A DNA stretch of 64,000 nt from an uncultured Bacteroides sp. (GTDB lineage Bacteria; Bacteroidota; Bacteroidia; Bacteroidales; Bacteroidaceae), in NCBI GenBank assembly GCA_959029255.1, contig CAUFUE010000018.1:39726-103725 (forward strand). Reading direction: 5' to 3'. Shown in pieces: positions 58,537 to 64,000 of this stretch. A program made the position numbers and the translations under genes. Under the pieces are notes generated by a model, which saw only the letters and a list, made by a program, of their open reading frames with translations, was not told the DNA's origin and did not search any database. Position 1 is the first letter of the stretch. Every line of letters begins with the position of its first letter.

Positions 58537-58890
58537 ATGCTCAGTAGCTTTTTGAATACCATTGCCACCATCATAAGTGTGACGAGTCTTCTCATCGTCA
58601 CCTATGGTGCAGTGGTAGGAATTATCGCCTTTTTAAGGAATGAAGCCAAACGGTTTACGGGTAATTATTCTATTACCAATATACGTAAGCTAAGGGCTAC
58701 GTTTGGAACTTATCTGCTCCTGGGATTGGAGTTCCTGATTGCTTCCGATATACTGAAAACCGTGCTTGAGCCTACACTCAATGAGTTGGCCATTTTGGGA
58801 GGTATTGTTGTATTGAGAACGATACTTTCTGTCTTCCTGAATAAAGAAATTAAGGAGTTGGAGACAGAAAGTACCGGAGAGAATGAATAG
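58537..58890 (+). CDS. DUF1622-family membrane protein
   Basis: LLLGLEFLIASDILKTV..LGGIVVLRTILSVFLNKEI. Confidence 0.85.
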   Translation: MLSSFLNTIATIISVTSLLIVTYGAVVGIIAFLRNEAKRFTGNYSITNIRKLRATFGTYLLLGLEFLIASDILKTVLEPTLNELAILGGIVVLRTILSVFLNKEIKELETESTGENE

Positions 58891-58904
58891 GCTGCAAGAT
58901 GATA

Positions 58905-59195
58905 TTAATCAAGTTTCTTTTTTACCTCTTTCTTGGCGGCGTCATAGTTTTCGCGGACTTCTTTTTTCACATTTTCAGCTCCCTCTTTGATGGTCTTTTG
59001 ACCTTTCTTCAAAGCGTCTTCGGCTTTGTCGGCACCTTCTTTTAACTTGTCGGCAGCTTTATCCGATGCGTCCTTTACGGCTTCTTTTGCATTTTCAATC
59101 TGCTGTTCCGCACTGTTCTGATCTTTCTTATTCCGGCAAGATGCCAAGGAAAGTGTCAGAATACAAACTAAGGCTGTGAATAATAACTTCTTCAT
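58905..59195 (-). CDS. Small helical lipoprotein (YtxH/LEA-like repeats)
   Basis: Lipobox LASC followed by K/D/A/E-rich 11-mer-like repeats. Confidence 0.7.
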   Translation of the reverse strand: MKKLLFTALVCILTLSLASCRNKKDQNSAEQQIENAKEAVKDASDKAADKLKEGADKAEDALKKGQKTIKEGAENVKKEVRENYDAAKKEVKKKLD

Positions 59196-59222
59196 ACTTT
59201 TTTATAATTTAGTAGGTTTAAG

Positions 59223-59480
59223 TTAAGAATTTCTTCTTTTAGGTCCGTTGAATAGGGATACAATCCACAACAACAAGATAGCTCCAATTATGGAAGTGAA
59301 CAGACTGCCTAGCAGACCGGTAGCTGTTATACCCAGCAAACTGAATACCCAACCGCCCAGTACACCACCGATGATACCTAATAACAGATTGATGAGGAGT
59401 CCGAAACCGCCTCCTCTCATAATCTTGCCGGCAATGAACCCGGCAATGATTCCAATGATTATATACCAAAGAAAAAACAT
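59223..59480 (-). CDS. GlsB/YeaQ/YmgE family stress-response membrane protein
   Basis: IIIGIIAGFIAGKIM..GGFG...GIIGGVLGG..IIGAILLL. Confidence 0.88.
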   Translation of the reverse strand: MFFLWYIIIGIIAGFIAGKIMRGGGFGLLINLLLGIIGGVLGGWVFSLLGITATGLLGSLFTSIIGAILLLWIVSLFNGPKRRNS

Positions 59481-59581
59481 AAGGATTGATTTTTAGTTTT
59501 TATGTGGAACATGATGGGGCGGAAATGGTTCACGTATTCTTAGTTTATATCAATCTTTTAAAGTTAAATAATGAAAGTCAC

Positions 59582-59715
59582 GAGGGTGTCAAAACAAAAA
59601 CTCGTTTACTGTTTGTTTCTTTTAGGCACGGATTTCACGGAAAAAGATTAAAAAAACTGTAAAATCTTCGTAATCCGTGCCTAAAGAAATCTTCAAGCGT
59701 ATTTTGACATACCTC
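59582..59715. mobile_element. Second copy of the GTGTCAAAA...TTTTGACA MITE-like element
   Basis: Aligns by eye along its whole length with 6123-6266. Confidence 0.75.
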
Positions 59716-59736
59716 CCTGCCCGTAAAGGAAAAAGT

Positions 59737-61668
59737 TTATTTTGTAATCTCCAATAAAGTAATTCTAACGAGTCCTGCGCCGGTATGACCTGTTTCGGTA
59801 GTGATGCCATCCGGTGCCAGAAAATCTTCGTTTCCGGCTTTATAAACAATATCGGTAAATAATTTACTATTTACATGACTTGAACCACCGCCGCCACCAC
59901 TACCGGTATACCGACTATACCAAGTACCGGCGCCACCGCCCCACCAGCCACCGCCGCCGCCACCACTGGATGAACCATCATTATCGCTTCTTTTACCTGT
60001 ATTACCACCACGACCGGCAGAACCGTCAGTCAATCCAACATTGTAAGGACTGTTCGTTGGGTATGCGGCACCACCTTGTGTTTGCGTACCACCTTTACCG
60101 CCCTCTCTTCCGTCGGATTCCCATGTGCTGTCTCCACCATTGAGTCCTCCTCCATAACCTCCATTGCCAATTCTATAATAACTTAAATCGTTTGCACCTT
60201 GACCACCACCGCCACCGCCCACAATAATTCTAGGGTCTGTAGCTTCGTTACCTGTTAAGCCAATGAATGGATCACTGTCTGTTGCTATATCTACAATATC
60301 AAAATCATGTTTCCCTCCTAAATGAAGTACTCTTACATCAATAGAACCGGCACCTGGAGAAGAGTAATATGCTCCCCCCCTGCCACCACCATTCCAACCT
60401 TCTATATGTTTTTCTGAGTAATTACATTGTCCAACATATATTTTGAATTCATCTCCCGCTGTTAATTCTATATTGCCTGCTGTATATCCACCTTTACCGC
60501 CCAAACGTCCGGTATTTCCTCCTTGATTTCCCCAAATTTCTATTTTGTATTTTCCATTTACCGGAACAACAAAATTCTTAGATTTACCTGTGTATGAGAT
60601 ATTCCACGTATCATTCTTTCGGTAAATAGAATTGCTGTTCACCATTTTATTATCAATGTCATTTATAATAAAACTATAGGTATGAGAGTCTCCGGCATTC
60701 CATGTGCCACTTATTGGTACGGAAAATGAATAGATATCTGTTCCTTCGATGTCATTAATTAATCCTCCGGCTTTTATCTTGACGTTTAATTTGGCTCCAC
60801 TGGGTATTGTTTGGGGGATAAGGCATAATGTGCCTATTGTTGATGATACGATATCATCACCTGATGCGCCGACTTTTAATAGAGGAGAATGGATTAATTC
60901 ATTTTTTAAAGATGTAAGTGTATAGGTCACACTACTACTTACATCGGTTGTCCATGTAGGCGTTCCTATTGTAGTAAGCTGAAGATTACCACTTCCTTTT
61001 ACGCCCACCATCTCAATAGATTCTATCCATGCTTTTTTATCGTCTCCTGTCGATGAATTATATCTCACTTTGAAAATAATTTTTGCCGTTGTATGTTTAA
61101 AATTGAATGGTACGCTTCCGTCCGTATCATTAGCTTCATTGCCATCTCCGTCCGGATCTGTGTATGTAGCATTTAATACTGGAGTTGCGACACAGAAATC
61201 TGCCTGTTGAGCAGGGCTTGTAGGGGGTGTTATTGTAAAGGAGAGACAGCCTGCATCTGCTTCACCCTTCAGTACGGTTATTCCATTTTCGGTTGTCGGA
61301 ATAGGGCTTACCGCAAAGAAAGAAGTTGTATAAGGAGAATTAAACCAGAACTTCAAGGGAGTATAGGTCCAAACACCATTCACCTTGTTCGCCGCTTGTT
61401 TGTACATAAAATTGAAAGTGGAGGTCGACTCATCGAAACTTCCTTCATTGACAGAGGCAAATATCGACATTTCGCTGATGTTGTCAGTCGTAACAATTTG
61501 GGAAGCACGCGTTGTGCTTTCGCTGGTTACAAAAGATACAGCTGTGCGATTATTCTCAGGAGACAGGGATGGATTGTTGTCGCTACAGGCGCAAAAGAGT
61601 AGGAAGACAATTGCAATACAAGCGATTTTTGACTCATTGGCTAATATACTGACGCTCTTTTTTATCAT
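59737..61668 (-). CDS. Fimbrillin (Mfa-like) lipoprotein with C-terminal glycine-rich domain
   Basis: Lipobox CACS, TRAS processing site, WTYTPLKFW, SFFA and FKH; C-terminal IWGNQGG..GGKGGY..GGGGGGWWGG. Confidence 0.8.
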   Translation of the reverse strand: MIKKSVSILANESKIACIAIVFLLFCACSDNNPSLSPENNRTAVSFVTSESTTRASQIVTTDNISEMSIFASVNEGSFDESTSTFNFMYKQAANKVNGVWTYTPLKFWFNSPYTTSFFAVSPIPTTENGITVLKGEADAGCLSFTITPPTSPAQQADFCVATPVLNATYTDPDGDGNEANDTDGSVPFNFKHTTAKIIFKVRYNSSTGDDKKAWIESIEMVGVKGSGNLQLTTIGTPTWTTDVSSSVTYTLTSLKNELIHSPLLKVGASGDDIVSSTIGTLCLIPQTIPSGAKLNVKIKAGGLINDIEGTDIYSFSVPISGTWNAGDSHTYSFIINDIDNKMVNSNSIYRKNDTWNISYTGKSKNFVVPVNGKYKIEIWGNQGGNTGRLGGKGGYTAGNIELTAGDEFKIYVGQCNYSEKHIEGWNGGGRGGAYYSSPGAGSIDVRVLHLGGKHDFDIVDIATDSDPFIGLTGNEATDPRIIVGGGGGGQGANDLSYYRIGNGGYGGGLNGGDSTWESDGREGGKGGTQTQGGAAYPTNSPYNVGLTDGSAGRGGNTGKRSDNDGSSSGGGGGGWWGGGAGTWYSRYTGSGGGGGSSHVNSKLFTDIVYKAGNEDFLAPDGITTETGHTGAGLVRITLLEITK

Positions 61669-61765
61669 AGTGGGAAGTTCTTATTCTTTAGAAAATGTTT
61701 AAGTGTGTACCCGAAGTTTGTTATAGATTTCTGGTACACACCCGGAATAGAATCAAATTAGTTTT

Positions 61766-62926
61766 TCAATTAGGTGATAAAGTTTCATCACTTACAGTTC
61801 CCCAGCCTTTTACATCCGCCGAAACCTTGATTTCGTTTAAGCTTACTGTAAATGTATAGAGGTAGGCTGTACCTGCTTTGAGAGCATACTGCGGCAGTTT
61901 CACTTCCTTTTCCTGGGAAGCTATGGATACATTGTTGCTTGTCGTACTCGCTTTTGTCACTATATCATAGGCGATTACCACTTTTACATCTCCCTCCTGC
62001 GCTGTTCCGGTCGTATTGTCTACAGGGATGAGGAACAAATATTCACCCGTTGGGAATAAATCAACACCGTCTGCGGTGGTAGAGATATCAATTGTTTTCG
62101 TTCCGCTTCCGTAACTACCGAATGCAGCCGTATTTTGCAGGTTTAATACACCCGGTGCAGTTGCATCTGCCGCATCTTTCAATTCATAAGAAGCGTCCAG
62201 ATAGGTGGCGGGAGTTCCCCATTCCAGTGATTTCATATTCAATGTCGCCTTTTTTGCCAATATGCTACTGTGCGCCAGTTTCACGCTCTTGATATATACT
62301 TTAGTCAAGTCATTGCTGCTGATATCCACACTGGTCTTTGCCTTCATTGCTACTCTGGTGAGTACATGTTTGAATTTGAAGGGCACCGTACCGCTATTGC
62401 TGGTGGAGGTCTGGTTCATTGTATTGCTACTGGTCTCTGTCGGATTGGATACTACCAGATCCACCATGTTTTTTTGACCGGTTGCCAACTCAAATTCCAG
62501 TGAAGGGTCTGTGGATGCAGTGGCGGAGTTCAACGTAATCCCATTACTGTTGGCATAGGGCGCATACGCAAAGAACGAAATTCTATCTTGTGTGTTGGTG
62601 GGCCAAAACTTTAGGGGAGTGTATTCCCACGCACCGTTGTTGCTGTTGGCGCTGGCATTCCATGTCACTTCTTGGTTGTTCATAAATTCCGCTTTGGCAG
62701 CGCCGGTGGCATAGTCGGCATTTGTCGTCAGATATGCCATGATTCCGAACCCGGAAGCTTTCACGGCATCAAGGTTCATTTCTGTTCCTCTGGTTTGTAC
62801 TCCGGTGTAAACGTTGAACCCCACGGCTCTGTTCACCTCCGGACTTTGTTCTGTAATCTCATTTTGCGAACAACCTGCCAAAGCCAGCATGGCAGTTGTC
62901 AAACGGATTAGATTCTTTGTTTTCAT
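61766..62926 (-). CDS. Fimbrillin family (Mfa-like) lipoprotein
   Basis: LAGCSQNE, QTRG, WEYTPLKFWP..ISFFAYAPY and FKHVLTRV motifs. Confidence 0.85.
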   Translation of the reverse strand: MKTKNLIRLTTAMLALAGCSQNEITEQSPEVNRAVGFNVYTGVQTRGTEMNLDAVKASGFGIMAYLTTNADYATGAAKAEFMNNQEVTWNASANSNNGAWEYTPLKFWPTNTQDRISFFAYAPYANSNGITLNSATASTDPSLEFELATGQKNMVDLVVSNPTETSSNTMNQTSTSNSGTVPFKFKHVLTRVAMKAKTSVDISSNDLTKVYIKSVKLAHSSILAKKATLNMKSLEWGTPATYLDASYELKDAADATAPGVLNLQNTAAFGSYGSGTKTIDISTTADGVDLFPTGEYLFLIPVDNTTGTAQEGDVKVVIAYDIVTKASTTSNNVSIASQEKEVKLPQYALKAGTAYLYTFTVSLNEIKVSADVKGWGTVSDETLSPN

Positions 62927-62998
62927 ACTTAATGTTGTTTTAAAAGATTAATTATTTTTGTTTGCTTTATGTCGATAGATGAAGATGACGGCTTTCCC

Positions 62999-63994
62999 TT
63001 AAATGGGCATCTCCGTCACTGTCTCGTCTCCCCATTCGTCCACGTCGGCGTTGAAGCCCGAATCCGTACTTCCCGAAGGTTTTACATCGGGTAGCGGTTC
63101 AGTTCCCGCAGCTTCCAGATATAGAGTGATGATACCGCTTCCATCTGTGCTTTCCTGTACTTTGACATTGCCTATCTGCTGCTCCACTATGGTTTTGTCG
63201 TCTACTAGAAGGGCTTGTAGGGTGACGTGTGTTGCCACTTCCGGGTCGAAGCCGAACAAGTTGAGTGTTCCCGTCAGTGTGCCGTCCTTCCGTGAACCTT
63301 CGTTCAGGGTCACATCTTTCATGGTAAATTCCTGTATTCCCAGTTCATTACCCGTGCTGCCGTCGTGCAAGAAAATGGATAGGGGTACTCCGTTCAGCCT
63401 GCATGTTGCCTGCCGCAGGTTGTTGATGCCTTGTATGTGCAGTTGTACCTGCACTTTCCTTGTAAGTAGCTTAGGTGTAAACTTTATCCGGCAAGCTCCT
63501 TCAGGACAAGTCACCGTACGCGACGCGGCGGGGGCATAATTTCCCAGCATATTCTCCGTTACCTCAAAATCCCGTATCATGGCGGAAGCCAGTTTATCGG
63601 GGGCTGCGGTAATGATGCGCGTTCCTGTGCGCACCTCTGTCTGTTTGGCGTAGGCTTCAAGTGTCTCTAATGATTCTTCGCCCCGGAAAAGTAGATTTCT
63701 GAAGTCGTCGAAGGAACGGTTGAACAGGATTGCGTCATATTTCCCCCGTGACAGTCTCACGGTGATTCGCTCCCGTTCTCCCATTAATACCACTTGCGGT
63801 TTGCCGCCATCCTTGGGATATATGATGAGCGTGGCTCCATAGCTTTCTTCTTCTTCGAGGTCTGCCCGGCGCCAGTCTGCTGTTATGGAGATTTCCGACT
63901 CCATATAGTAGGTCAGCTCCCTACGTTCGCAGGATGTTGTCAGCACCAGCATGCATAGAGCTGGTAGCCATGCATGTTTCATCCTAAATGCCAT
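62999..63994 (-). CDS. DUF5119-type fimbrial accessory lipoprotein
   Basis: TSCERRELTY N-terminus, LFGF and C-terminal GFNADVDEW; directly upstream of the fimbrillins. Confidence 0.7.
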   Translation of the reverse strand: MAFRMKHAWLPALCMLVLTTSCERRELTYYMESEISITADWRRADLEEEESYGATLIIYPKDGGKPQVVLMGERERITVRLSRGKYDAILFNRSFDDFRNLLFRGEESLETLEAYAKQTEVRTGTRIITAAPDKLASAMIRDFEVTENMLGNYAPAASRTVTCPEGACRIKFTPKLLTRKVQVQLHIQGINNLRQATCRLNGVPLSIFLHDGSTGNELGIQEFTMKDVTLNEGSRKDGTLTGTLNLFGFDPEVATHVTLQALLVDDKTIVEQQIGNVKVQESTDGSGIITLYLEAAGTEPLPDVKPSGSTDSGFNADVDEWGDETVTEMPI

Positions 63995-64000
63995 ATTATT

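Overview
A Bacteroides chromosomal window (genus inferred from TAnnTTTG promoters, gene content and fimbrillin/LruC lipoproteins). From left to right it holds: a bioB-bioA fusion cut by the window edge; nrdG and nrdD; a degenerate MetE-like gene; a TlpA-type thioredoxin lipoprotein; rpsP; an NhaC-family transporter; and the hexuronate cluster (uxaA, LacI regulator, kdgK, eda) with a four-helix-bundle gene inserted in it. Next come an unannotated ~300-nt transcription unit with repeated AGGTAA motifs and a ~32 kb two-armed, convergent polysaccharide locus (LruC lipoproteins, receiver-domain proteins, sugar transferase, TolC, Wzc-like, Wzy, Wzx, glycosyltransferases, HEPN/MNT pair). That locus encloses the Bacteroides amidase-smalltalk-HU-DUF4248-primase/helicase-DUF4373 cassette. 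The right end has ansA, the trpBEGDCFA operon with its WWW leader attenuator, small membrane proteins and a fimbrillin cluster. The most striking non-genic structure is a family of inverted 7-bp tandem-repeat elements at many gene junctions. One copy encloses the four-helix-bundle gene and one arm lies in frame inside trpG. Nested palindromic elements and 22-bp-periodic inverted arrays are also present. No rRNA, tRNA, CRISPR array, integrase or reverse transcriptase was recognised. All family assignments come from reading motifs by eye, not from database searches.
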